DNA of 64,000 nt, taken from assembly GCA_016783505.1 (NCBI GenBank), contig JADHWK010000006.1, positions 13,533 to 77,532 of the forward strand. The letters are read 5' to 3'. The notes under the pieces were generated by a model, which worked only from the letters and a program-made list of their open reading frames with translations, was not told where the DNA came from and ran no database searches. This DNA is from Candidatus Zhuqueibacterota bacterium. Its GTDB lineage: Bacteria; BS750m-G25. Each line of letters opens with the position of its first letter. Positions within the stretch are counted from its first letter, which is position 1. This document shows positions 38,621-48,567 of this stretch, in pieces. Both the position numbers and the translations under genes were made by a program.

Positions 38621-38977
38621 AACCTAAATCCAAAAATTGTCTACGGTTTGTCCCCAGATCGTTCCGATAGGGGATATTAAAAAACCACTGAATTGTTGAT
38701 TGTTAATTGCTAATTGTTAAAACCCAGACTCCAGCATCAATCAGCAATCATTTCAGCGTAATTAAACGTCTCGGAAATTCCAAGAAAGAGCTTTAAAGCA
38801 GATCAGAATATCAGAAAATCAGTAGGAAGAAGACCAGATTATCAGGGTATCAGACTTTATCCTGATGTTCTGATCTACTGATATCCTTCCGACTGATATT
38901 CTGATCACCTGATACACTTATTTCCATTATTTCAGTTGCCCCGTAGAGGCTAAGTTCGTGTTTTGCTAATCTGGGTT
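38621..38977. mobile_element. Heptamer-repeat MITE-like element, copy C, expanded by a nested 8-nt inverted repeat element
   Basis: AACCTAAATCC...core 38686-38756...ATCAGAAT/ATTCTGAT-type arrays 38798-38916...AATCTGGGTT. Confidence 0.7.
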
Positions 38978-39005
38978 AAATGCCGTTTAAAATTTAGGGG
39001 GGAAA

Positions 39006-40406
39006 GTGATGAGATTATTATCAAAAATTTGGGGTGCGGTTTTTCCTTTATTGGTGTGTTTGTCCCCGGTCTCAGGGAGGCCCGCACTCGGGGATCACCG
39101 TTTCGAAGTGGATTATGCCCAGTTCCGGATGGGGGGGGAATATGTCTGCTTAGAGGTCTACTACTCTATTTTTCGGGAAGGGCTGAAGTTTGTCCAGGAT
39201 AAGGAGGGGAATTACCGGGCCAACTTTAACATCACCGCCCAGATATACCGGGGGGATTCCCTGCTGGTGGAGGAGAGCTGGGATAACGTAAATTACGCCA
39301 AAGACTTGGACGAGATCGGCCCCGGCCAGAGACTGCCCAATATCTCTAAATTTCGTATCAAAGCTGGCAATTACCGGTTAAGGGTGACTGTCACCGACCT
39401 CCATTCTGGGATAAGTGCCTCTCAGGAAGAAGGGGTGACCATCGTTCCCTTTGACCCGGATCATTTGGCCATCAGCGACCTCGAGCTTTCCACTACTATC
39501 CAGAAGGACACCTCCCAAAGCAAATTTTGCAAGAATAATTTCCGGGTCATTCCCAATCCGGGCCGGCTGTATGGAACCGATTTCACGCTGGTATATTATT
39601 ATGCCGAGATATACAATCTGGACTACAAGGGGTCCGGGGATTCTTGTTTTTCGGTGACCTATCGGGTGTTGGACAGTAATCTGAAGGAGGTCAAAACCTA
39701 CCCGGCGAAGGTGAGGAAAAAGGCGGGCTCCTCGGCGGTTGAAGTAGGGGCTTTGCCCATTGCTGTGTTGGCCTCGGGCAGCTTTTTTCTCGATATTGGG
39801 GTAACCGACATCAGCACTGGGGAGACGGCTTCAGTCCGAAAGAAATTCTTCGTTTACCGGCAGGCCGATTTTGCCGGGGCCGGACTTAAGGAGGAAAATA
39901 TCTATGCCCAGATGGGGGAGGACCAGATAGCCGAACAGTTTGATCGGATCAGATACATCATCGGCAGGGACGGAAAAAAGATGTTTGGGGATCTGCCCCT
40001 GAATGGAAAGAGACAATTTCTTTACCAGTTCTGGTGTTCCCGGGATCCGGATCCCACCACCCCCATCAACGAGTACCAGGTCGAATTCCAACGTCGGTTC
40101 GACCAAGCCAACACCAAGTTTTCCGGCCTCAGGGAGGGGTGGCGCTCCGACCGGGGACGGGTGCTCATCGTATACGGGAACCCCGACTTCATTGAACACC
40201 ACACCGCCGAACCTGGGGTGAGGGATTATGAGATCTGGCAGTATGACTCCTTAGAGGGGGGGGTGGTCTTCGTTTTCGCCGATCGGTCGGGTTTTGGGGA
40301 TTATGAGCTGATCCATTCCACCAAAAAGGATGAACTCCACAACTACAACTGGCCGAGTCTCATCCAGGTGGAGCGGTCCCCAATGGGCCCAGCCATTTCC
40401 AGATAA
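39006..40406 (+). CDS. GWxTD domain-containing protein
   Basis: FW..RDPDPTTPINE, GWRSDRGRVLIVYGNPD, YEIWQY, FVFADRSGFGDYELIHST. Confidence 0.9.
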   Translation: MMRLLSKIWGAVFPLLVCLSPVSGRPALGDHRFEVDYAQFRMGGEYVCLEVYYSIFREGLKFVQDKEGNYRANFNITAQIYRGDSLLVEESWDNVNYAKDLDEIGPGQRLPNISKFRIKAGNYRLRVTVTDLHSGISASQEEGVTIVPFDPDHLAISDLELSTTIQKDTSQSKFCKNNFRVIPNPGRLYGTDFTLVYYYAEIYNLDYKGSGDSCFSVTYRVLDSNLKEVKTYPAKVRKKAGSSAVEVGALPIAVLASGSFFLDIGVTDISTGETASVRKKFFVYRQADFAGAGLKEENIYAQMGEDQIAEQFDRIRYIIGRDGKKMFGDLPLNGKRQFLYQFWCSRDPDPTTPINEYQVEFQRRFDQANTKFSGLREGWRSDRGRVLIVYGNPDFIEHHTAEPGVRDYEIWQYDSLEGGVVFVFADRSGFGDYELIHSTKKDELHNYNWPSLIQVERSPMGPAISR

Positions 40407-40532
40407 AAGGCCTCAAAAATTTTTTGAAAAAATGCTTGCGAATTAAACTTTTATTTATTATATTACTTTTGAGAATCTAGAAAAACCATACATTTGTCTA
40501 AAAAGAAGTACAGTAAAAAAGGGAGGGGGATC

Positions 40533-42069
40533 ATGGGAAAAAGGTATTTTATCCCCATAATAGTTACCTTGCTGGTAACAGCCTTTTGGGCGGGGAACGT
40601 TTTCGGTCAAGAAGAGGCAGAACCCACCGTTGATGTGGAAAGCATGACTGAGGCAATTACAGATTCAATAAGCGAGGTTTTTGCCGATTCCTTAATCTAC
40701 TATCGGGAATTATTCAAGAGAAGTTATTCGGATTCCATGGCTCAGCTTGAAGGCCGCTTAAGGGCTTTTTACCTCGATTCATTGGATTTTTATCGTAAAT
40801 CTTTGGACGAAGCCAGGATGACTATCCAAAAGGCTAAGGAAAGGGAAAATAGATGAAACCCTGGTTAATAATTACTATAATTATATAAATATGTTATTTG
40901 ACACTGAGGATGAAAAGGTCTATCCGGTCACTATAGGGGAGGCAAATCTCTTTTTGAATCTATTCCCGCAAACAAAGCCAGCCCCCGACATCTTATTCCG
41001 ATTGGCTTCTTCCTATGAAGAACGGAAGGGGGGCGGGTTGCTTGGTGGGGGAAAAGAGGTGAAAAACGCGGTGGTTTTATATCTTAAATTCTTATACTTT
41101 TATCCCGGCTCAATACGGGAGAGGGATGCCCAGAATAGATTAAAGAAGCTGGTAATCGGAAAGAAGGACTTTGAGAAGACCGAGCAGGATATATTGGCCC
41201 TTATACGGAAAGAACTATCAGAAAAGGATAAATATCTGCAATATGTTGATTATCTGGAGGACCTGGCGAGGCTAAACGATGATGATATTAAGGAACTGGC
41301 ACTGACTGAGTGCAATAACTACCTGAATGCTTTCAAGGAGGCTGAGAAGGATGATCAGGTTATCGTAATTATGGGGGACCTACTTTCGCAACTAAAGAGA
41401 TATGAGCAGGCCGTATCAGCTTATCAAAAGATCGAATATTTATATCCTGAGAGTTATTATTATGCCCGTGCTCTGTATAATATTGGCAAACTTTATGCGT
41501 TCCAGTTGAAAAAGAGGGATGAGGCCTCAAATATCCTTCAGGAATTAGTTATTAAATACCCGAAAGATACATATTCTGGCTTCGCCCAATACCTTATAGC
41601 CGAGCTGGCTGAAAAAAAGAAGAAGGGGGAAAGGCAAGCGATAGCTGAATATCAAAAGATGGTTGAGAATTACCCCCAGCATCTGAAAACCCCCGACGCT
41701 TTGCTGGCTATGGGAAGGATCTATTCGGTAAAGCTGAAGCAGTATCAGGAAGCCATAAAGTCCTATGAAAAAATCGCCTTCCAATATCCGCAGAGCGGGA
41801 TGGGTGGTCAGGCATTGGCCCTGGCGGGGGAGGTTTATGAGAAGAAATTGAAGAGATATAACGAAGCCGCCGAGAAATATATTCAGATTGCCGACCTTTT
41901 TCCCCAGGACTCCCTGGTATTACCAAAACTAATGGAAGCAGCAGGGCTTTATGAAAGCAAAGTAAAGGAGAGAACCAAAGCGATTAATACCTATCAGAGG
42001 GTGATATCGAATTTTCCAGGGACTAAAGAGGCAGAAGGAGCGAGGAAAAAGATAGAAAAACTAAAATAA
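40533..42069 (+). pseudogene. Exported TPR protein split by an apparent +1 frameshift (ORFs 40533-40856 and 40891-42069)
   Basis: Signal peptide only in the first ORF; second frame open from 40822; many TPR-like repeats (YP.S...ARALY..G). Confidence 0.6.
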
Positions 42070-42220
42070 TAGCCGAAGGCCAAAGCAATTAAAACCGTAA
42101 GATCGAATCATTAACCCAGAGAATTCCGTCTTTTTTGACGGATTTTCTTTTATTGACATTATGGGCAATAATTCTTAAATTAAAAAATAAATTGATAACA
42201 AAATTCATTTGGAGAGATAA

Positions 42221-45200
42221 ATGAAAAGGGCGATATTATTTTTACAGATCCTTAGCTTTTCCTTCGTCCTTGGCTTGGCACTCTTAGTCCTTCGGGTCAA
42301 TGCTGAATCCCGATGGGTCTCCCTGAACACCATCCCCGGTGACCGCACTGAAATTTCCGTTCTATCATCGGATGACTTCCGTACGGTCATCCGAGTGACG
42401 GTGCCCGGGATGTCGGTTGCGGATTTTAGCAGGAACGGTGAGACCTTTCAGGTTCTAACGATTCCCGATGCGGGGACCTCAACGGATGAGGGGAAACCCC
42501 AGCTTCCCTTAATCCGAAGGCTGGTGGCCGTACCCCCGGATAGGGGGATTCACCTGAAGATCCTGAAAGAAGAACATCACCTGCTTTCCGGGTATCGGGT
42601 GGTCCCCTATCAAAAACCGCCCCTGAGGGGGGAATCACAAGTGGAAGGCTGGGTTATTGACGAGACCTTTTATTCAAAAGATGATTACTTACCGGAAAGT
42701 CCGGTCAGACTGGAGGAGCCCGTCATTCTGCGTGATTTCCGGGCCGTGCCCTTAGTGATAGAGCCCGTAAGCTACAATCCGGTCAGGGGAGAGCTAATGG
42801 TCACCACCCAAATCGTGGTCGAGTTAAGCTACGCTGGCGCTGGGACGGGGAATGTGAAAACCCGGCCCTACGGCCCCCGGTCCCGGGCCTTTGACGGGAT
42901 CTATCGGCGGACTTTATTAAATTATGACCAGGTCGCTTCCACCACCGAACTGGGGGATGAGGGGCGGATGCTGATCATAACCCACGATAATTTTTACGAT
43001 AATGTTATCCCCTTGGCCGAATGGAAACACCGCAAGGGTATCCCCACTACGGTGGTGGCCTTATCAGAGATCGGAGCCAACCCCTCCCCGGATGAGATCA
43101 AAGATTTCATCTCCGATGCCTACTTCAACTGGGGAGTTTCCCCTGAATATGTACTGTTCGTCGGGGATGTTCAATATATCCCCTGGTGGGTGGGGGTGCA
43201 CGGCTCCCGTACCGACCACCGCTACGCCACCTTGGAGGGCGACGACTTCCTGGCCGATGTCATCCTGGGCCGGTTTTCGGTGCAGACCCCAGCGGAGGCC
43301 GACACGGTGGTGCAGAAATCCATCGCCTACGAAAGGGATCCCTATTTAGATGAAACGAACTGGTATACCAGCGCCATGGTCATCGCCTCAGCCGACAACC
43401 TTGATCCTGAAAACGGTCAATTGGCGGCCAACCTCTTTATAAATCATGGGTTTACCACCGTAGATGAGCTGCAGGAGATCCAAGGTACCGCAACCTTCTC
43501 CGCGGTGGAAAACGGGTTAAACCAGGGCCGGAGCTGGGTTTTCTATATCGGCCACGGATCACCCAATGGTTGGACCAGCGTCCATCCTAACTTCACTACC
43601 GGTGACATTGATTCGCTGACCCACGGGCACAAAATCCCGGCTATCATCTCCATCGCCTGTTCCAATGCCGATTTAGACCGGCCCGGGGATGTCTTCGGCG
43701 AGGTGTGGATGAAAGGCCGCGTTTCCGGGGGGGCGGCCAACTTCCTCGGGTTCACTGAACTGGTGTCATTCTACACCTCCGATTCGCTGGGCCGGGGGGT
43801 CCTTTACGGCTATTTCGACGAGAACATCCATACCTTCGGGGGAGCCACCGACTACGGTAGGCTGTTCATGTATCAATATTTCGGTAGTACAGGTCAGGAG
43901 ACCATGGAGCAGTGCATCGTCCTGGGGGATCCAGAGCAGAACGTGTGGTCGGGGTTACCCGTTCTGCTTACCGTGATCCGACCGGAAATGGCTCGGATTG
44001 GCTGTTCTGAGTATGAAGTAGGCGTCTTTATAGAGGGCAACCCGGTTGAGGGGGCCCTTGTCTGTGTTTTGAATGATGAGCTGTATGCGTCAGGATACAC
44101 GGAGGAGGACGGCGGGATCACCCTCATATTAGACCCGCCCCCCCAGACCCCGGGAGAAGACCTCTTTTTAACAGTCACTGCCCATAATGCCCTTCCTTAC
44201 ATAGACACTGTTCAGGTGGGTGGCTGGTATGGTGTTCTGACCGGGGCGGTCACCGACGCTGCCACCGGGGATTCCCTGGCCGAAGCCGTGGTTACTGTTG
44301 GGGAGATTGGGTTGGTAGACACCACCGGTGAGGACGGCCTTTTTCTGTTTGAGGAGGTTCCCGAATGGAACTATACGGTTACGGTGACCCGGGAGGGTTA
44401 TCTGGATTGGTATCAGGAGGGGGTGGTGGTGGATTCCGGCCAGACCACGGTGCTTGATGCGGGACTGCTCCATCCCGAATTTGTGGTGGATGTGGATTCT
44501 TCGGGGATCCATATTACCCTGCTTCCTGGGGGGGAGACCAATGTAGTTTTCAATATTCTGAATCCGGGGAACGGCCCCTTAGAGTATGGAATCGGTCTGG
44601 AATATCCCGGTTGGACCGACTCTGTTAATCTTGATCAGCCCTTGTTTTCCTATGATCTGGGGATGCTAACCGGGGACGAAAGGCTTTTGGGGGTGGAGTT
44701 TGATTCAAGTTTCTTCTACGTCTCCGGGGCCAACAATTCTGCTCAGCCCAATTACATCTATGTTTTTGATCGGGATGGTAATTTGGTGAGGGCTTTTGAG
44801 CAGCCCGGCGGGTCTGCGGGATGGGGTTTCCGGGATTTGGCCTGGGATGGGCAGTTTTTATACGGGAGTTTCGGTCCCGAGATTACCGTCTTTGATCCGG
44901 TGGGCAATTATGTAGGTGGGATACCGGGTCCGATTCAGCCCAGCCGGGCTATTGCTTATGATCCGGGGACGGATCATTTCTGGGTGGCCGGGGTGAACAC
45001 GGGTCTTTATGAGATTGACCGGCAGGGGGATGTGATCAGTAGCTATCCTTGTAGCCTGCGGGTCTACGGGCTGGCCTGGCGGGGGGATGACTTAGAGGGG
45101 GCCAATCTTCACCTGTTCTCCCGGGAGGGGACCGATCAGGTCTCCACGGTGAGCAAGTTTAATCCTTCTCGGGGAGAGTTAATTCCTTTGGGTAGCTTGC

Positions 45201-45808
45201 CCTTTATGGATGGGGATCGAGCCATGGGGGCGGCCCTTACTGGGGATTGGATTCCGGCTAAGTGGGTATTATTGGGGTTGATTAACGGTCCTACGGTCAG
45301 GCTGGAGGGTTACATCGTCGGGGATAACCTGATCTGGGTGCGGCCCTCACCCCGGGAGGGGACGGTAGCCGGGGGGGAGGCCCAGTCGGTCATCGTCCAC
45401 TTAAACACTGTGGGACTTGAGGAGGGGACATACACCGGTGAAATCCACATTCAGCACTCGGCGGTCGGGGAGGAAGGGGTCATTCCGGTTACCTTGACGG
45501 TTCAGGCCCTCTCGGTGTCTGAAAGGGAATCGTTTAAATTACCGACTGATTATGAATTATTCCAGAACTATCCCAATCCCTTCAATCCCTCCACTACCAT
45601 ACAGTATGGTCTGCCCGAACCCGGTAGGGTAACCCTAAAAGTTTACAACATATCTGGTCAGGAGGTAGCCACCTTGGCTGATGAACATCAACCTGCCGGT
45701 TACCACCAGATAAGTTGGGATGCAACCGGTCATTCGTCAGGTATCTATTTTTACCAAATTCAAGCGGGGGAGTTTCAGAAGGTGAGAAAGATTATTTTTT
45801 TGAAGTGA
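42221..45808 (+). CDS. C25 (gingipain-family) cysteine peptidase with propeptide, carboxypeptidase-regulatory-like domain, propeller region and CTD
   Basis: GKPQLP, EWKHRKG, YVLFVGD, GRFS, catalytic GHG and ACS, LGDP; NYPNPFNP CTD. Confidence 0.9.
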   Translation: MKRAILFLQILSFSFVLGLALLVLRVNAESRWVSLNTIPGDRTEISVLSSDDFRTVIRVTVPGMSVADFSRNGETFQVLTIPDAGTSTDEGKPQLPLIRRLVAVPPDRGIHLKILKEEHHLLSGYRVVPYQKPPLRGESQVEGWVIDETFYSKDDYLPESPVRLEEPVILRDFRAVPLVIEPVSYNPVRGELMVTTQIVVELSYAGAGTGNVKTRPYGPRSRAFDGIYRRTLLNYDQVASTTELGDEGRMLIITHDNFYDNVIPLAEWKHRKGIPTTVVALSEIGANPSPDEIKDFISDAYFNWGVSPEYVLFVGDVQYIPWWVGVHGSRTDHRYATLEGDDFLADVILGRFSVQTPAEADTVVQKSIAYERDPYLDETNWYTSAMVIASADNLDPENGQLAANLFINHGFTTVDELQEIQGTATFSAVENGLNQGRSWVFYIGHGSPNGWTSVHPNFTTGDIDSLTHGHKIPAIISIACSNADLDRPGDVFGEVWMKGRVSGGAANFLGFTELVSFYTSDSLGRGVLYGYFDENIHTFGGATDYGRLFMYQYFGSTGQETMEQCIVLGDPEQNVWSGLPVLLTVIRPEMARIGCSEYEVGVFIEGNPVEGALVCVLNDELYASGYTEEDGGITLILDPPPQTPGEDLFLTVTAHNALPYIDTVQVGGWYGVLTGAVTDAATGDSLAEAVVTVGEIGLVDTTGEDGLFLFEEVPEWNYTVTVTREGYLDWYQEGVVVDSGQTTVLDAGLLHPEFVVDVDSSGIHITLLPGGETNVVFNILNPGNGPLEYGIGLEYPGWTDSVNLDQPLFSYDLGMLTGDERLLGVEFDSSFFYVSGANNSAQPNYIYVFDRDGNLVRAFEQPGGSAGWGFRDLAWDGQFLYGSFGPEITVFDPVGNYVGGIPGPIQPSRAIAYDPGTDHFWVAGVNTGLYEIDRQGDVISSYPCSLRVYGLAWRGDDLEGANLHLFSREGTDQVSTVSKFNPSRGELIPLGSLPFMDGDRAMGAALTGDWIPAKWVLLGLINGPTVRLEGYIVGDNLIWVRPSPREGTVAGGEAQSVIVHLNTVGLEEGTYTGEIHIQHSAVGEEGVIPVTLTVQALSVSERESFKLPTDYELFQNYPNPFNPSTTIQYGLPEPGRVTLKVYNISGQEVATLADEHQPAGYHQISWDATGHSSGIYFYQIQAGEFQKVRKIIFLK

Positions 45809-45873
45809 AATTTAAACCCTTCTCATTTAAAAGGCCTATTCATTCATCTTGAGTAGGTCTTTTGTTTTTTTGA
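45669..45873 (+). repeat. ~205-bp direct repeat (CTD end + stop + terminator), copy 1
   Basis: Near-identical to 48247-48451. Confidence 0.9.
45831..45871 (+). terminator. Intrinsic terminator
   Basis: AAGGCCTATTCA...TGAGTAGGTCTT followed by a T-rich tail. Confidence 0.75.
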
Positions 45874-45881
45874 TTTTCTTC

Positions 45882-45910
45882 TTGATTCTATCTCCACAAT
45901 TCACTATATT
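45882..45910 (+). promoter_or_regulatory. Sigma70-type promoter for the LVIVD gene
   Basis: TTGATT-17 nt-TATATT. Confidence 0.55.
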
Positions 45911-45967
45911 TGCTCTGCAGGCCTTTCCATTCGGAGCCTCCTCTGAACTGGTTAGCCCCTTAAAGAT

Positions 45968-46050
45968 ACCCCTGTTAAGCTACTAATCTTGGTAGGGCTA
46001 TTGTTGGTTTGCCAACTGAAGTAGTCTATCCGGCTAAGGATTTCAGGGGT
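45968..46050 (+). ncRNA. Candidate structured leader RNA (four-way junction)
   Basis: ACCCCTG/CAGGGGT closing stem enclosing three hairpins; folded by eye only. Confidence 0.35.
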
Positions 46051-46166
46051 TTATTAGTTGTCTTGTTATTCTGAAAAGGAAATAACTACTTTCATTAAGG
46101 GAGGAGACTAAAATAAAGATGTTAGACCCGCCATACAAAATTCAACGAACAAATGAGGAGATCATT

Positions 46167-48386
46167 ATGTTTTTGAAATATTGTAAAATCTTATTAGAGA
46201 CAGTAATGATTGCAATCTTATTTTGCAGTCTTGCTTTTGGCCAGAATAACAGACCAGCAAATGTGCCCCCAGAACAGCTCCCATCAAGGGATATTCGCCA
46301 CCATGTAAATTACATACCGCAGGAGACTTTTCAAGCCTTCAGCGATAGTAATACTACACTAATAGGATGGTGGGCAAGAGATCCCTGTTATGCCGTGGAT
46401 GTATTGGGTAACATTGCCTATTTTGGTAATGGGGGCTATCTTGAAGTTGTAGATATATACGATCCGGCAAATCCCGATGAATTAGGAAAGATATTAACTC
46501 CGTCAGAAGTTAGAGGCGTTGCCGTCAGCGGCAGTTACGCCTATGTGGCCAATGGGTGGTATGGGTTACGCATCATTGACGTCTCCACCCCTTCCTCTCC
46601 GCAAGAAGTGGGCTTCTTTGATACGGGGGACCTTGCTTTTGGCGTTGCAGTCAGCGGCAGTTACGCCTATGTGGCCGATAGGAGTGATGGTTTACGCATC
46701 ATTGACGTCTCCACCCCTTCCTCTCCGCAAGAGGTGGGCTTCTTTGATACGGGGGACCTTGCTTTTGGCGTTGCAGTCAGCGGCAGTTACGCCTATGTGG
46801 CCGATTGGGATGATGGTTTACGCATCATTGACGTTTCCACCCCTTCTTCTCCGCAAGAAGTGGGCTTCTTTGATACGGGTGGCGAAGCTTTAGGTGTTGC
46901 CGTCAGCGGCAGTTACGCCTATGTGGCCGATTGGGATGATGGTTTACGCATCATTGACGTTTCCACCCCTTCTTCTCCGCAAGAAGTGGGCTTCTTTGAT
47001 ATGGGTGGCTTGGCTTTAGGCGTTGCCGTCAGCGGCAGTTACGCCTATGTGGCCGATGGGGCGGATGGTTTACGCATCATTGACGTCTCCACTCCCTCCT
47101 CTCCGCAAGAAGTGGGCTTCTTTGATATGGGTGGCTTGGCTTTAGGCGTTGCCGTCAGCGGCAGTTACGCCTATGTGGCCGATGGTTTACGCATCATTGA
47201 CGTCTCCACCCCCTCCTCTCCGCAAGAAGTGGGCTTCTTTGATACGGGTAGCTGGGCTCAAGACGTTGCCGTCAGCGGCAGTTACGCCTATGTGGCCTAT
47301 GGGTTGGATGGTTTACGCATCATTGACGTCTCCACCCCCTCCTCTCCGCAAGAAGTGGGCTTCTTTGATACGAGTAATAATGCTCGGGGCGTTGCCGTCA
47401 GCGGCAGTTACGCCTATGTGGCCGATGGGAATGCTGGTTTACGCATCATTGACGTCTCCACCCCTTCCTCTCCGCAAGAAGTGGGGTTCTTTTTTATGGG
47501 GCACAGGGCTTTGGGCGTTGCCGTCAGCGGCAGTTACGCCTATGTGGTCGGGGATGGTTTACGCATCATAGACGTCTCCACCCCTTCCTCTCCGCAAGAA
47601 GTGGGCTTCTTTGATACGGGTAGCTGGGCTTTAGGCGTTGCCGTCAGCGGCAGTTACGCCTATGTGGCCGATGGGGGGAATGGGTTACGCATCATAGACG
47701 TCTCCACCCCTTCCTCTCCGCAAGAAGTGGGCTTCTTTGATACGGGTGGCGAAGCTTTAGGCGTTGCCGTCAGCGGCAGTTACGCCTATGTGGCCGATGG
47801 GTCTGCTGGTTTACGCATCATTGACGTCTCCACTCCCTCCTCTCCGCAAGAAGTGGGCTTCTTTGATACGAGTAGCTATGCTCGTGGCGTTGCCGTCAGC
47901 GGCAGTTACGCCTATGTGGCCGATTACTCTGATGGTTTACGCATCATTGACGTCTCCACCCCTTCCTCTCCGCAAGAAGTGGGCTTCTTTGATACGGGTG
48001 GCGAAGCTTTAGGCGTTGCCGTCAGCGGCAGTTACGTCTATGTGGCCGATGGGTTGTATGGTATGTATATTATACAGAACGATCTACTATTAGTTATTAA
48101 TGAAGAGTCCAGCTATTCCCCAGGGAATTTCTTATTAGCTCAAAATTATCCCAATCCATTTAATCCAATAACAACCTTTAAATACGGCCTTCCAAAAGAG
48201 TCAAATGTAACCCTGAAGATATTTAACATCCTCGGAAGAAAAGTGACCACCTTGGCTGATGAACATAAACCTCCCGGTTACCACCAGATAAGTTGGGATG
48301 CAACCGGTCATTCGTCAGGTATCTATTTTTATCAAATTCAAGCGGGTGAGTTTCAGAAGGTGAGAAAGATGATTTTTTTTAAGTGA
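46167..48386 (+). CDS. Secreted LVIVD-repeat beta-propeller protein with CTD
   Basis: GAGGAG RBS then ATG 46167 with signal peptide; 42-aa repeats GVAVSGSYAYVAD...GLRIIDVSTPSSPQEVGFFDT; NYPNPFNP. Confidence 0.9.
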   Translation: MFLKYCKILLETVMIAILFCSLAFGQNNRPANVPPEQLPSRDIRHHVNYIPQETFQAFSDSNTTLIGWWARDPCYAVDVLGNIAYFGNGGYLEVVDIYDPANPDELGKILTPSEVRGVAVSGSYAYVANGWYGLRIIDVSTPSSPQEVGFFDTGDLAFGVAVSGSYAYVADRSDGLRIIDVSTPSSPQEVGFFDTGDLAFGVAVSGSYAYVADWDDGLRIIDVSTPSSPQEVGFFDTGGEALGVAVSGSYAYVADWDDGLRIIDVSTPSSPQEVGFFDMGGLALGVAVSGSYAYVADGADGLRIIDVSTPSSPQEVGFFDMGGLALGVAVSGSYAYVADGLRIIDVSTPSSPQEVGFFDTGSWAQDVAVSGSYAYVAYGLDGLRIIDVSTPSSPQEVGFFDTSNNARGVAVSGSYAYVADGNAGLRIIDVSTPSSPQEVGFFFMGHRALGVAVSGSYAYVVGDGLRIIDVSTPSSPQEVGFFDTGSWALGVAVSGSYAYVADGGNGLRIIDVSTPSSPQEVGFFDTGGEALGVAVSGSYAYVADGSAGLRIIDVSTPSSPQEVGFFDTSSYARGVAVSGSYAYVADYSDGLRIIDVSTPSSPQEVGFFDTGGEALGVAVSGSYVYVADGLYGMYIIQNDLLLVINEESSYSPGNFLLAQNYPNPFNPITTFKYGLPKESNVTLKIFNILGRKVTTLADEHKPPGYHQISWDATGHSSGIYFYQIQAGEFQKVRKMIFFK
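46515..48060 (+). repeat. Intragenic ~126-bp tandem repeat, 12 full units plus 1 partial
   Basis: Near-invariant GTCAGCGGCAGTTACGCCTATGTGG and CCGCAAGAAGTGGGCTTCTTTGATA blocks. Confidence 0.95.
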
Positions 48387-48451
48387 GATTTAAACCCTTT
48401 TCATTTAAAAGGCCTATTCATTCATCTTGAGTAGGCTTTTTGTTTTTTTGA
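48247..48451 (+). repeat. ~205-bp direct repeat (CTD end + stop + terminator), copy 2
   Basis: Near-identical to 45669-45873. Confidence 0.9.
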
Positions 48452-48567
48452 ATTTATACTTGATTTTTAAAGATTAATTGCTATATTAAATGATGTAATC
48501 CTAATTTACTGGAATCCAAACCTTCCTGAGTGTTATATTCCTACCTGTATTATGTAAGGAGACTAAA

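Noticed and set aside
46515-48060. CRISPR array or DGR target
   Set aside because: Repeats are in-frame coding units with very short variable parts; no cas gene, reverse transcriptase or template repeat is seen in the window.
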